Source: Eledone cirrhosa
Taxonomy: Eukaryota
Assembly: GCA_964016885.1 (NCBI GenBank)
Contig: OZ024749.1
Coordinates: 17,298,001 to 17,362,000 of the forward strand
Direction of reading: 5' to 3'
Length of the DNA stretch: 64,000 bases
The number at the start of each line of letters is the position of its first letter. Position 1 is the stretch's first letter. A program made the translations under genes and the position numbers. Below the pieces are notes generated by a model. That model did no database searches. It saw only the letters and a program-made list of their open reading frames with translations, and was not told where the DNA came from. Shown piece after piece: positions 21,449-34,152 of the stretch.

Positions 21449-22428
21449 TACATCATCATCATCATCATCACTTTACGTCCGCTTTTCCCTGTTTGCAAGG
21501 GTGGGACGGGTCTTATTTAGCACAACATCTCTCCACTTATCACGGTTCTTCGTCATCTCCACCGTGAGCTTCAGTGATCTGAGGTCTGTTCTCACCACCT
21601 CTGCCCATGTTTTTCGTGGTCTACCTCTACCACGTCTTCCTTCAACTGGCATTTCCTGGCACTTCTTCACCCATCGGTCATCCTCCATGCGCATCTCCCA
21701 TTCGTTCTCCACATTCATCAGACTCTCATAATGACATTTCCAGGCCTCCTTTTTCTGATCATTCGTGACACTAAGTACACCGGCATCATTTTGGTCACAT
21801 TTATCTCCAACAACATCCTGATTTACACTGACACACTGCCTTGCAATGTGGAACACCGCACGCCTCTGATCTTCCCGTTGCAGAACATTAGCAAACCTCC
21901 TACTCTCAGTCTCCCTGCGTGCTAAGTACACCTGACGTCTAGCTTCTCTCTTAGCAGCTGTATATCCTTCTCTACTCCCACCCTTTTTTCCAAGCTTTCC
22001 ATGCTAGTCTTTTGTCTCTAATGGCCTTATCTACTGTGCTGTTCCACCACCAGGTCACTCTCTGTCTGCTTGGAGCTCTGTTCCAGCCACAAGTTTCATC
22101 AGTAGCCTGCAGTAAGTTGTCACGTAAGAAATTCCAGTTATTATCTATGTCATACGTCTCTAAATCATCTTCTTTTCCGTCATATACATCTTGAAGGGAT
22201 TTCCTAAATTTGTATTTTAGTGAAAGGCCTTTTAGCTTCCAGACTTTTCTCCTCCGCACCTTCCTGCATGTCTCATTCCATCTCTTGCTTACTGAGATAT
22301 CATTAACGACTAAGCTATGTATTGGGGTACATTCTTCCCCAGTGTATGCCTTGGTATTAAACACTATCTGCCTGTCCCGCTGCCTAACTAGTAAGAAGTC
22401 AATCTGGCTTATGTGCTCGCCAGATTTA
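21449..22428 (-). mobile_element. RTE LINE with large internal deletion
   Basis: Peptide 'VENEWE|MRMEDDRWVKKC' joins the pre-RT region directly to the C-terminus; (CAT)n tail at 21449-21470. Confidence 0.88.
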
Positions 22429-22445
22429 TATACATATATATATAC

Positions 22446-22583
22446 GGAGGCACATGGCTTAGTGGTTAGAGCATTGGCCTTGCAATCGAAAGATTATGAG
22501 TTCAATTCTCATATCGGGTGATGTGTTGTTTCCTTGAGCAAAACACTTTATTTCACATTGCTCCAGTTTACTCAGCTGTAGAA
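22446..22583 (+). mobile_element. SINE family A 5' half fused to RTE sequence
   Basis: GGAGGCACATGGCTTAGTGG...CTCAGCTGTAGAAA, then RTE RT sequence. Confidence 0.85.
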
Positions 22584-22584
22584 A

Positions 22585-24830
22585 AAGGACAGTGCAAACT
22601 TTGTACAGAGGTGATGTCAGTAAATGGAGTTTAGTGAGGAATTCCAGGTACAAGTAGGAGTACATCAAGGTTCAGTCCTCAGCCCTCTCTTGTTCATTAT
22701 AGTCCACCAAGCCATAACAGAGGAGTTTAAGACTGGCTGTCCACGGGAACTTCTCTATGCCAACAATCTGGTTCTTATAGCAGAATCAGTAGAGGAGCTA
22801 GAGAATAAATTCTGGCTATAGAAACAGCAGTTGGAATTAAGAGGAGTGAGAGTGAACCTAGCTAAGACAAATGTGTTGATGAGTAGAAAAGAGGACAAAA
22901 CTCTGATTCCGTCAGGGAAAGGCTATATTCGATATGCAGAAAAGGAACTGACATAAATTCTATAAAATGCACACAATGCAGATCCTGGGTACACAAGAGA
23001 TGTAGTGGGATAGCAGGCAAACTAGCAGGTAGGGAGAAATACATATGCAGTAGATGTACAGGGAAATTAGACAGTAGAAGTCGCATTGATAGACACATTT
23101 TTCAAAGGCAGGCAGGTGCTATAGAAGTGGTGGATAGCTTCCGGTACCTAGGAGATCAGATTAGCATAGGAGGGGGGGGGTTCCGAGGCCATAGTATCTA
23201 GAATAAGGATGGGTTGGAAGAAATTTAGGGAGCTGCTGTCGAAGAAGGGTTTCTCCCTGCGTACGAAAGGCCGGTTATATGATGCCCGTGTGAGGAGCGC
23301 GATGCTGCATTGTAGTGAGACATGGGCATCAACTGCAGGGGATATGCGACGGCTGGAGAGAAATGAGGCAAGCATGCTCGTTGGATGTGCAATGTCAATG
23401 TGTGTGAACGACCCAGCATGGATGTGTTGAGAGAGAAACTGTCTGAGAGGGATAGAATGTAGTGTGCGAGAGAGGAGACTGAGGTGGTATGGACATGTGA
23501 TGCGCATGGAGGATGACCGATGGGTGAAGAAGTGCCAGGAAATGCCAGTTGAAGGAAGACATATTAGAGGTAGACCACGAAAAACATGGGCGGAGGTGGT
23601 GAGAACAGACCTCAGATTGCTGAAACTCACGGTGTAGATGACGAAGGACCGTGACAAGTGGAGAGATGCTGTGCTGAATACGACCCGTCCCACCCTTGCA
23701 AGCTGATCCATCAGTTTTATACCCCTATAATTGCTCCTCTCCAGAACATCCCCTTTACCTTTGTAGCAATTTATGTGAATAGTGCTGCACCAGTCTTTGG
23801 GTATGACACCACCATATATAGCCTGATTGATGATGCGTGCAACCAGTTTAGTGCCTACATCCCCTGACGCCTTCAGCATCTCAGCAACTATCCCCGACAG
23901 TCCAGCAGCCTTACCATTTTTCATTTCCATAATTGTCTCTTGGACCCTATATTCGCCAAATCTCAATAGCTGGTTTCTCTGTCAGATCTACTGAGGGTAA
24001 TTTCTCTCTCTCCCATTCGTTCTCCACATTCATCAGTCTCTCATAATGACATTTCCAGGCCTCCTTTTTCTGATCATTCGTGACACTAAGTACACCGGCA
24101 TCATTCTGGACACATTTATCTCAAACAACATCCTGATTTGCACTGACACACTGCCTTGCAATGTGAAACACCGCATGCCTCTGATCTTCCCATCGCAGAA
24201 CATTGGCAAACCTCCTACTCTCAGTCTCCCTGCATGCTAAGTACACCTGACATCTAGCTTCTCTCGTAGCAGCTGTATATCCTTCTCTACTCCCACCCTT
24301 TTTCCAAGCTTTCCATGCTAGTCTTTTGTCTCTAATAGTCTTATCTACCGTGCTGTCCCACCACCAGGTCACTCTCTGTCTGCTTGGAGCTCTGCTCCTG
24401 CCACAAGTTTCATCAGTAGCTTGCAGTAAGTTGTCACGTAAGAAATTCCAGTTATTATCTATGTCATACATCTTTAAATCATTTTCTTTTTCGTCATACA
24501 CATCTTGAAGGGCTTTCCTAAATTTGTATTTTAGTGAAAAGTCTTTTAGCTTCCAGACCTTTCTTTCACACACCTTCCTGTATGTCTCATTCCATCTCTT
24601 GCTTACTGAGATATCACTAACGACTAATCTATGCTGGGGGTACATTCTTCCCCAGGGTATGCCTTGGTATTTGACACCATCTGCCTGACCCGCTGTCTAA
24701 CTAGTAAGAAGTCAATATGGCTTATGTGCTCCCCTGATTTGTAGATTATTAGGTGGTTGGCAGGTTTCTGGCAGTTAGTGTTGCAAATAGTCAGTGTACT
24801 TGCAATACAAAATTCAAGAAGTCTCACTCC
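22585..24830. mobile_element. Rearranged RTE LINE: plus-strand RT-to-3' segment (22585-23701) joined to a minus-strand EN-to-RT segment (23702-24830)
   Basis: Plus: GVHQGSVLSPLLF...RPTL. Minus: 'HISHIDFLLVR', 'PQHRLVV', 'NYRGIKLMDQ'. Junction CACCCTTGCAA|GCTGATCCATC. Confidence 0.85.
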
Positions 24831-24873
24831 TTCATTTTTTGAGCCGTATATAATATATATGTATATATATATG

Positions 24874-26818
24874 TAGAAGAAAGATGCATAGAAGAGCCAT
24901 TATGATAGATTACTAAATGAGGAGAATGCATGGGAAGAAGAGACCCTACCCCAAGTAGACCCTATAGAGGGGCCAGCAGTATTGTTAACCAGGTAATACT
25001 AGAAGGTGTCATACCAAAAGATTGGTGCAGTAGCAACATTGTCAACTGCTAGAAAGGTAAAGGTGATGCACTAGATAGAGGAAATTATAGAGGTATAAAA
25101 CTGATGGACCAGGTCATGAAAGTAACAGAAAGAGTTATAGCACAGTTGATTAGGGACCGGGTGAAACTAGATGAGATGCAATTTGGGTTTGTAACAGGAA
25201 GAGGCACCATTGATGCCCGCTTTCTTCTTGTGAGGTAGTTACAGGAAAAGTACCTAGCTAAAAGTAAGCCACTATACCTGGCATTCGTCGATCTCGAGAA
25301 AGCCTTTGACAGAGTTCCACATGCTGTAATCTGGTGGGCTCTTAGAAAACTAGGAGTTGATGAATGGCTTGTGAAAGCTGTACAAGCCATGTATAGGGAG
25401 CAGTCAGCAAAGTTAGGATTAGCAATGAGTATAGCGAGGAATTTAGCATACAGTTTGGTGTCCACCAGGGCTCTGTTCTTAGCCCTCTCCTGTTCATCAT
25501 AGTCCTGCAGGCAATAACGGAGGAGTTTAAGACCGGATGACCATGGGAACTACTGTATGCTGATGACCTCGCACTGATAGCTGAATCTAAGATTGAACTA
25601 GAGAAGAAATTCCAAACTTGGAAGCAGGGACTAGAAAGAAAGGGTCTCAAAGTCAACATGACAAAGGCTAAGGTCCTTGTAAGTAGACGAGAAAACAGAA
25701 CCCAGATCCCCTCAGGGAAATGGCCTTGCTCAGTATGTAGGAAAGGTGTAGGTAGGAACTCCATACTCTGCCCCAAATGCAAACAATGGGTACACAAGAG
25801 ATGTAGCGGGATCTCAGGAAGCTTAATTAAGAATGTAGGCTTCACATGCAGCAGCTGTACTGGGACAGCAAGCAGCAAACAGCCACAGGAAACAAGTATC
25901 ACCAATCTCTGGGAGGACTCTGTAGAAACAGTAGACAGCTTCTGCTACCTAGGTGACCGAATTAGCAGCGGAGGTGGGTGTTCAGAAAATACAATAACTA
26001 GGGTAAGAACGGGATGGAAGAAGTTCAGGGAACTACTGCCACTGCTAGCTGCAAAAGCTTCTCCCTCAAAATGAAAGGCAGACTGTATGATGCGTGTATC
26101 CGAACAGCAATGTTACATGGTAGTGAGACCTGGGCGCTGAAGGTGGAAGACTTACGTAGATTAGAAAGAAACGAAGCCTGCATGCTCCGATGGATGTGTA
26201 ATAGTAATATACGCGAACGACAAAGCATAAATGAATTGAGAGAGAGACTGAGCATAAGAGGAATCAAATGCTGTGTGCAGGAGAGGCGGTTGCGCTGGTA
26301 TGGACATGTGATGCGTATGAAGGATGACAGCTGCATAAAAAGGTGCAGAGCACTAGAAGTTGATGGAAACCGCGGAGTGGGGAGACCCAAGATGACCTGG
26401 GATGAGGTGATAAAAGCCGACCTTACCCAATTACACCTCTCAAGGCGATGACACACGACCGTGACCTCTGGCGTCACGCAGTAATACAGAGTACCCGACC
26501 TCCCATGGGTACAAGCTGAAGCATATAGACAATATGCCCCCACACCCTCCCACTGCAAGGTCGTCGTGGAGGTGCCACGGCAAAAAACCACCCAGCCCAC
26601 ACTGTAAAGTGGACGTGTAGGCGCCACGAAAAAGCACCCAGCACTCACTGCAAATGAGGTTGGTGTTAGGAAGGGCATCCAGCTGTAGAAATCAAGCCAA
26701 ATCAGTTCCTGTATGAGCAAGGCATGGTCAGCCGACCAGACACTGCCCACAACAGGACAACCCGTCTAACCCATGCTAGCGTGGAAGAACGGACATAAAA
26801 CGGTGATGATGATGATGA
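24874..26818 (+). mobile_element. 5'-truncated RTE LINE with 3' UTR
   Basis: NYRGIKLMDQ, QFGF, LEKAFDRVP, LYADDL, FCYLGD, RLRWYGHVMR; 3' UTR ends (GAT)n at 26818. Confidence 0.93.
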
Positions 26819-27109
26819 TATATATTGGTAGAATTTCCAGAATACAGAACCGAGATCCACTCAGGGAAATGGCTTTGTCCAGTATGTAGGAAAGGCATTG
26901 TAAGACATTTCATCCTCTGCCCCATATGGAGACTCAGTTGTTGGAAGTCTTGGAGTGGGGAGACCTTGGAAGACCTTGGAAGACCTTGCCCAATTGTACC
27001 TCTCAGAGGAGATGACATGTGGCCGGGATCTCTGTCGATATGCAGTAATACAGAAGACCCAACTTCCCAGTAACACAAGCTGAAGCATATTTACAGCATG
27101 TCCCTCCCC

Positions 27110-27460
27110 CTCCCAGCCCACACTATAAAGTGGGCATGTGAAAGACACAGCAAAAAGCACCCAGCCCATGCTGTAAAGTGGACATGTGAAAGACACAACA
27201 AAAAGCACCCAGCCCATGCTGTAAAGTGGACATGTGAAAGACACAACAAAAAGCACCCAGCTCGTGCTGTAAAGTGGACATGTGAAAGGCACGGCAAAAA
27301 ACACCCAGCCTATGCTGTAAAGTGGACATGTGAAAGAGATAGCAAACAGCACCCAGCCCATGCAGTAAAGTGGACGTGTGAAAGACACAGCAAAAAGGAC
27401 CCAGCCCGTGCTGTAAAGGGGACATGTGAAAGACACAGCAAAATGCACCCAGCCCACACT
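27110..27460 (+). repeat. 48-bp tandem repeat (~7 copies) in an RTE-type 3' UTR
   Basis: Unit CACCCAGCCCATGCTGTAAAGTGGACATGTGAAAGACACA(G/A)CAAAAAG; the paralogous site 42641-42750 has ~2 copies. Confidence 0.9.
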
Positions 27461-27741
27461 ATCAATGTGGTTGGCGTTAGGAAGGGCATCCAGTCATAGA
27501 TAACCAGCCAGAAACACCCCTATATGAGCTGTCACGGTCACCCAACACAACTTGCCTCAAAATAGGACCTGTGTAACCCATGGAAGATAGATGTTAATCG
27601 ATGATGGTGATGATGATGATATATTTGTGGTGTATACATAGTATGCATAGTGTGTATATATATATGATAAATGCTGGTGTCAAGCTGTTTCAGCCAATCC
27701 TCTGGACATTATGAATGTATGAATGTAGTATATATATATAT

Positions 27742-27868
27742 ATAGGAACGAGTAGGATCCCGACGGCTGAGCTCAAGCCGTTTCGACGGCTAATTATGGA
27801 CTCATTCTGTCCAGAATTAGCCGTCGAAACGGCTTGAGCTCAGCCGTCGGGGTCCTACTCGTTCCTAT
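27742..27868. repeat. Near-perfect ~60-bp-arm palindrome (insertion 27742-27946 in a TA tract)
   Basis: ATAGGAACGAGTAGGATCCCGACGGCTGAGCTCAAGCCGTTTCGACGGCTAATTATGGAC-TCATTCT-reverse complement with 2 mismatches; absent from the paralogous TA tract at ~43016-43050. Confidence 0.9.
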
Positions 27869-28269
27869 TACCCACTCTATTACCCTAAGTATTGAGTACT
27901 TTGGTGCGTTATGGTCCATCGGGTTCCTTACCACATTTCCCTCGTTATATATATATATATAGTGTATATAATAGTTGTAATGTCATGGGTGCCGATCTAT
28001 ATCAGCCTTTCCTTTGGACAACATGACATATAGTCTACATATATTGGACAATATTATATATAGTGTATATGTGGTGTATATAGTAGTTGTGGCAATATTC
28101 TATATACATATGTACACACACACTGAGAAGGGTCGGATGAGGAGTTCATAGACTAACCAAGTTACTCTCATGGAATGAGACAATGTATACACACAAATAT
28201 ATACTATATATATGTATACAAACACATATATATTTTATAGTAAAGTCATACATCATATTGTAATATAAT

Positions 28270-28450
28270 TGTTTCTACTTTTTTGGCACAAGGCCAGCAA
28301 TTACCCAGAACATTACTGGTACTTTATTTTATCGACCCCGCAAGGATGAAAGGCAAAGTGAACCTCGGCAGGATTTGAACTCAGACCGTAAAGGGACATA
28401 ACTATGCTGGAAAGCATGGCGTCCGACTCTCTACCGATACTGCCAATCCA
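28270..28450 (-). mobile_element. tRNA-derived SINE family B with 16-bp TSD
   Basis: TSD CATATTGTAATATAAT (28254-28269 / 28451-28466); empty site in the paralogue at 43331; B-box GAGTTCAAATCC. Confidence 0.92.
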
Positions 28451-29479
28451 CATATTGTAATATAATGTTTTCAATTCTCAGTCAGGGAGGTACATTGTGT
28501 CCTTAAGCAAGACACATCATTCCACATGTCTCTCATGTTTTTGTTTTTCATCTTTTGTTTTATTACTATTAATAATGTGTTTTGTTTTAATATGAACAGT
28601 TATGTAAAATTAATAATGTTATTTATACAAATCTGAATAAATTACTAACATATCGATTGAACGTGTAAATTAACATAACGGAAGTTGTTTCTGAATGTAT
28701 TAAATTATGTAGGGGACTTTTAAGACATGACACCGGTGTCAACTAGACGGTGAAATATTACCATTTATATCAGCTCCATTGTTAGAATTTAAACCTCATC
28801 TAATTTCATCTTTTATGGTGATTTTTTCATATTAAGGTGGACGTTAATGTTTGTAAATAACATAAGGTGACTTATTTACCTTATAGTTGTTGTTTTATTA
28901 CCTACATTATTAAATATTGAAGTGGTTGTTCAACATTTTACAGGACAGGAAAATATTATTTTAATCAGAAATCAGTGAACATTTAGTTTTTACTAACTTT
29001 TCTTGACTTTATTTTTGGTCTTGAAAACTAAAGTACGTATTATTTCGTTTTCCATCACAACATAAACATTGTGAACTTTTCTATCTGAAGTGAAATATCT
29101 TGATTTATTACAACACTTACACACACACACACACACACGGCTATTTCTCTCTCATATGTACACTCTGTATATATATTAACCTTCATCTTTTGAAATGGTA
29201 GATATTAATTCTCGTCACCTGAACTGTCCTCAATAACAATAACCTTAAATTACGAGGATTTATTCGTTTGTTTTATGAGCTGAGGATGTTATTGTGAATA
29301 GAGCTCTCACCTTAACAACAACAAAAAAATACACACACACATATATATATATATATATAAGCACTTGCTTTTACTTCTTCCAAGATCAGTCTTACACTTT
29401 CATACATCTTATTACTTTACCAACTGAATGCTACATTTCTTAATATATGAGTGGAAGTGGTGAGATTCCTTTATGAAAT

Positions 29480-30244
29480 ATGTCTGAATATAGCTGTGAG
29501 ATTTGCAGGAAAACTTTCTCTTCAAAACTAAAACTATCCTCACACGAGAAAATACACGGTAGAGAAAACCCCTTCCATTGTGAAATATGTGGTAAATCTT
29601 TCATAAATAATTCTAATCTTGTCGTCCACATACGGAGTCACACTGGAGAAAAACCCTTCCACTGTGAAATATGTGGGAAATCTTTTTCTCAGAGTTCGCA
29701 ACTTGAACATCACAAACGAACACACACTGGTGAAAAACCCTTCCACTGTGAAATATGTGGGAAATCTTTTTCTTGTAATTTTATCCTTGTACAACACAAA
29801 AGAACACATACTGGTGTAAAACCTTATTCATGTGAAATATGTGGCAAATCTTTTTCTCAGAGTTCAAATCTTGTAAAACACAAAAGAATACATACTGGTG
29901 AAAAACCCTTCCATTGTGAAATATGTGGGGAATCTTTTTCTTGTAATTTTATCCTTATACAACACAAAAGAACACACACTGGTGAAAAACCTTATTCATG
30001 TGAAATATGTGGTAAATCTTTTTCTCAGAGTTCGCAACTTGATAATCACAAAAGAACACATACTGGTGAAAAACCTTATTCATGTGAAATATGTGGGAAA
30101 TCTTTTTCTCATAGTTCTAATCTTGAACGTCACAAAAGAATACACACTGGTGAAAAACCTTACTCATGTGAAATATGTGGTAAATCTTTCAATCAGAATT
30201 CGTCAATGTTTGTTCACCTACGTAGTCAACACTGTGAAATATGA
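29480..30244 (+). CDS. C2H2 zinc-finger protein, 9 tandem fingers (paralogue A)
   Basis: Intact 254-aa ORF, nine CEICG..F.....L..H...H units with TGEKP linkers; no effector domain in this ORF. Confidence 0.9.
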   Translation: MSEYSCEICRKTFSSKLKLSSHEKIHGRENPFHCEICGKSFINNSNLVVHIRSHTGEKPFHCEICGKSFSQSSQLEHHKRTHTGEKPFHCEICGKSFSCNFILVQHKRTHTGVKPYSCEICGKSFSQSSNLVKHKRIHTGEKPFHCEICGESFSCNFILIQHKRTHTGEKPYSCEICGKSFSQSSQLDNHKRTHTGEKPYSCEICGKSFSHSSNLERHKRIHTGEKPYSCEICGKSFNQNSSMFVHLRSQHCEI

Positions 30245-31419
30245 AAAATACAAATATATAGACACACTTTGGAAGTCAGAATATAAAATGTGAAGCTTGA
30301 GAAATCTTATACATCTCAACATATATGTTGTGTGTGTATATATATATATATATATTATTATTTTTAGTTTTTAATACATTACTCAAATGAAAGAAATATA
30401 CTGACATATATCAAAGATTACCACAATAACTAGGGAGCGGAGGACGAGATATGCTGTACATTGTTACTGAGGGTAGGATGAGCTAGCTATTGTTGTGGAT
30501 ACCTAAACATTGTAAGACACTAGAGCGATAACTGAGATTGACCTACATAGATCAGATGTCTCAGGATGTCCAGCTGGAGATTAATGATCTCAGGAATGCC
30601 ATGGAAGATCGTGATATCTAAAAAAGAAGAGTAGAATTGTTCTGGTCATTCCACCTGACCTAATAAATCTAAACTATAATAAAGTAAGGAGTGCGGGACT
30701 GCGTACAGTTTATAATTTTTTTATCCCATTAGTAAAATAAGTTGCATTACTTTGAATAAATAATGAATATTACATAATTTATCTACTACATTCCGTGGCT
30801 CTTGATTAAATATATTTTGTTTATTTAAAGATTCACTTCTTTAAAATTTCTGAAATGTCAACACTTCCCGGTTAGCCATCGCTTAAATAAACATTCATAT
30901 ATTTCCATCACTAATTTTCTCCTAATGCAGTTTATATAATATCGTCTTTTTTAACGTATCATGGATTACGTAACTGGTTAAATAAGACAGTGTAACGCGG
31001 TCTTCGTTCAATTTCTATGTATTATATATTGTCAATTACGATTTTATTTGATGTATCATATCTACATGTATATATACCTGCGTATAATATCAATATGCAC
31101 ACTACACATGCTAGCAGAAAATAATAATAATATTAATAATAATGTTGATGAACATTTACCTCTTCATCTTATTTGCCATTAAGAGCTATTACAGAGACAC
31201 AATCTCATTTCATTGTTGAGGCTAGTGGATTTGCAGAATCAATAGAATAAAATGAGTTGTGACAACTCTGGTTCAAAGATATATCGGCCTTTGACTTTCC
31301 TTTGGACAACATCATATAGTCTATATATATTGTGTGTACTGAATATATATATAGTGATAACATGGTATGTATAGCTTTTTAGTTCTTAGTCCAGATTGTT
31401 CCATCAGGAATATATGTCA

Positions 31420-31870
31420 ACTAATTGTCTCCAATGATTTCAGTTGATGACAGCTTGTTGACATCCATGCCAGCTGATGTTGACAGTTTGTGGGTCATTT
31501 TGGAATGTGTTCCACCAGGTCATCTGCGGCTGACCTCTTTTCCACTTGCCTTCAATGGGAATCCATGTCATCGCTGTTTTGGGTGATCTTCTGGGAGGTG
31601 CAGAATGTCACCTGCAAAATCGAACCAACATTCATGATTATCTCCTGCAGTGTATGTGACCCTGCTTTCCACAGGATCTTACCAGCTGACCTTTACAATC
31701 CTATGCAGGCTCCTCTGATGGACAGTTTTTAGATACCTATCAATCTTCACAGTGCGTTTCCATGTTTCACAGTCAGAGATGGCCACGGGAAGTACCATGC
31801 TAGTGTAAAAGTGCAGCTTGAAATACATGCTGAGGGCTCTGTTTGATCGAGTGCATCCATTGGAGCAATG
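31420..31870 (-). mobile_element. Old LINE C-terminal fragment (RTE-like, different family)
   Basis: 'KLHFYTSMVLPVAISDCETWKRTVKIDRYLKTVHQRSLHRIVKVSW'; second copy at ~40937-41460. Confidence 0.7.
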
Positions 31871-32013
31871 ATCCAATCGATTGATTTTGAAGTACATGTT
31901 AAATATACTCTGGGAGTTTATTTAACATTACCTATTGAGTACACTGAGATGCAATCGTTCCTAGCAGTGATTCCCTTGCTAGTTCCGTCATATTAATATT
32001 ATTATTATATATA

Positions 32014-32198
32014 GGGCGGTGGATTGGCAGTAGCGGTGGAGGGTCGGACGCCATGCTTTCCAGCATAGTTATGTCCCTTTACGATCTGAGTTCAAATCCC
32101 GCCGAGGTTGACTTTGCCTTTCATCCTTACGAGGTCGATAAAATAAAGTACCAGTAATGCACTGGGTAATTGCTGGCCTTATGTAGAAACAATTATTA
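32014..32198 (+). mobile_element. SINE family B
   Basis: GGCGGTGGATTGGCAGTAGCGG...GAGTTCAAATCC...CTTTGCCTTTCATCC...GTAGAAACAA(TTA)n; flanked by ATTATTATTATATATA on both sides. Confidence 0.88.
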
Positions 32199-33887
32199 TT
32201 ATATATATCCTCGTTTAGTTATTATGGCTCTAGATATTGTCTATTGAGCTTGCTAATTGAGAAACACAAAATCCTAAATCTGTTTTAATTCATTTTTTTG
32301 TATATATATATATATATATACACACATCATGCAATGTAAAGTCTGAAACAGCTTGGTACCAGTAACGTCACAGCTCATCATCATCATTTAACATCCACTT
32401 TCCCTGCTAGCAAGGATTGGTCAGGTCTTCACAAACCAGAATGGAGTGGGTGGTCCACACCTCGTTTACATATTGTCCCACATTCTACTGAGTGTATTGT
32501 ATTGTGGCACCATTACTAAAGATGGTGTCATGTCTTCAACACAACTGAACTGTCCTCCCAACCTTTTGTTTGGCGAGTTTTCTGTGGCTGGGTACCCTCC
32601 CTACCACCACCATCTTTACATCACACACTGGGTGTATTTATGTAGACCCCAACACTACGGAGGTTGCCATGCCCTTGACACAACTAAAGGGTCCTCAAAA
32701 CCCTTCTTTGGTAAGCTCTCTGTGATTAGAAACGCTTCCTATCACACCCACATTAAAGCATGTACTGAAAACTTTTATCATGTAGATCAGGCATGTCAAA
32801 CTGCCGAGGACCATATGGGTCACGTGTTGTCTGAGGGCTGCACACGACAACCAATTGCGCATATTACAACTAATTTTTCTTTACTTTATATTACGAAGAT
32901 AAAACATGCTCCTGCTGTAAAAACATGTGCGGGCCTCAGATGTGCTTGTAAAGGGCCGCAGGCCACATTTTTTTACATGTCTGGTGTAGATCACCAACAC
33001 TAGAGAATTTGTAATGTCTTTAATACTACATAGGGGTCTTCTCAACCTATATATACTATACATATATATGTATACTGTATAGATGCTATGTATACACTAT
33101 TGGAAATACAGCAGCATACGTGAGGTGGGGTGGGTGTTGCAATGGTCACATTCCTGCCCTTCATCAAGACATCTCTCTAGAAGGTCACACTGTTATAAAG
33201 TTTGTGACTTAGTTTGCACCCAATGATGTAGACCAATTGTAAGTTTTGGTTAAATACATTCGATGTTCAGAGAGTGGGATTTGACCCCTGCTAAACCTTT
33301 CATCACTTAAAAAAGCTTTGAGCACAGGCATCGCGTGATATGTGACATTTTTGCGATGCATGGCCTTCCTGGCCATAGCCAAGTCCCTTGTAGGACTATA
33401 ATGCTACGTCCGTGGTGTTTATACTTAAGTATCAAGCGATGGCATTACTCAAAATCTAGTTGTGGCCTTCAGCATGTATGTATCAAGTATACATATATAA
33501 ACACACGTAGACACACACACACCCATGGAAAACAACTCAGGGACGGATAATAGTTGTCATTCTGAGTTATCGTTCTTGATTGTCAAATAGTTTAACGTTT
33601 GACGTCAGAAGAATTGAAAGACATTTACTGAAAGGTCGAGGACTAAAATTAATTGTAATTAATGTATGGGAAATTCACATCTCTTCAGACATGTTTATAC
33701 ATTACATATCAAAACTGTGTGATATTATAACACGCTGAATGCTATTCAAACATATTTTGTATTTAGTCGTAAGTTCTGTCTCTACACACAAACATATATG
33801 TGTATATATATTTTCGTTGAAGTGTTGCACTATATATATATTTTTTCACTTTTGGTATTTTTACTATAGAAATATCTTGGTACATAT

Positions 33888-34081
33888 GAGGGTCGGCTGT
33901 AAAGTTCATAGACTAAAATACTCTCATGGAATGATCAAATGAGGTTTATTTTTCAGCATAGTCTCTGGAAAAGAAACAATTCAGTTATTAATAAGAAGTG
34001 TTGAAATTAATGCATGCAAGATTTAACACCTCTAGCATCACTCCTTCATGGTCAGCCTATGAACTTTCCTGCCCATCCTTG
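33888..34081. mobile_element. Tc1/mariner-type MITE (family M1)
   Basis: TA flanks; imperfect TIRs TGAGGGTCGGCTGTAAAGTTCATAGACT / AGCCTATGAACTTTCCTGCCCATCCTTG. Second copy at ~57942-58140; 5' fragments at ~28128 and ~43228. Confidence 0.75.
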
Positions 34082-34152
34082 TATATAGAGTTTAAATCAT
34101 AAATACGATTTACGAAAGAAAAGCGGTCAACTAAATAATGAGAAGATATACT

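Larger units (their letters stand above)
26815..31870 (+). repeat. Segmental duplication unit A (ZNF-containing)
   Basis: 26815-30800 is collinear with 41813-45725; 30585-31870 is also collinear with 38600-41380. Confidence 0.85.

Noticed and set aside
32446-33003. 185-aa ORF
   Set aside because: Non-ATG start, no recognisable domain, and it overlaps a decayed RTE-tail-like repeat on the minus strand.
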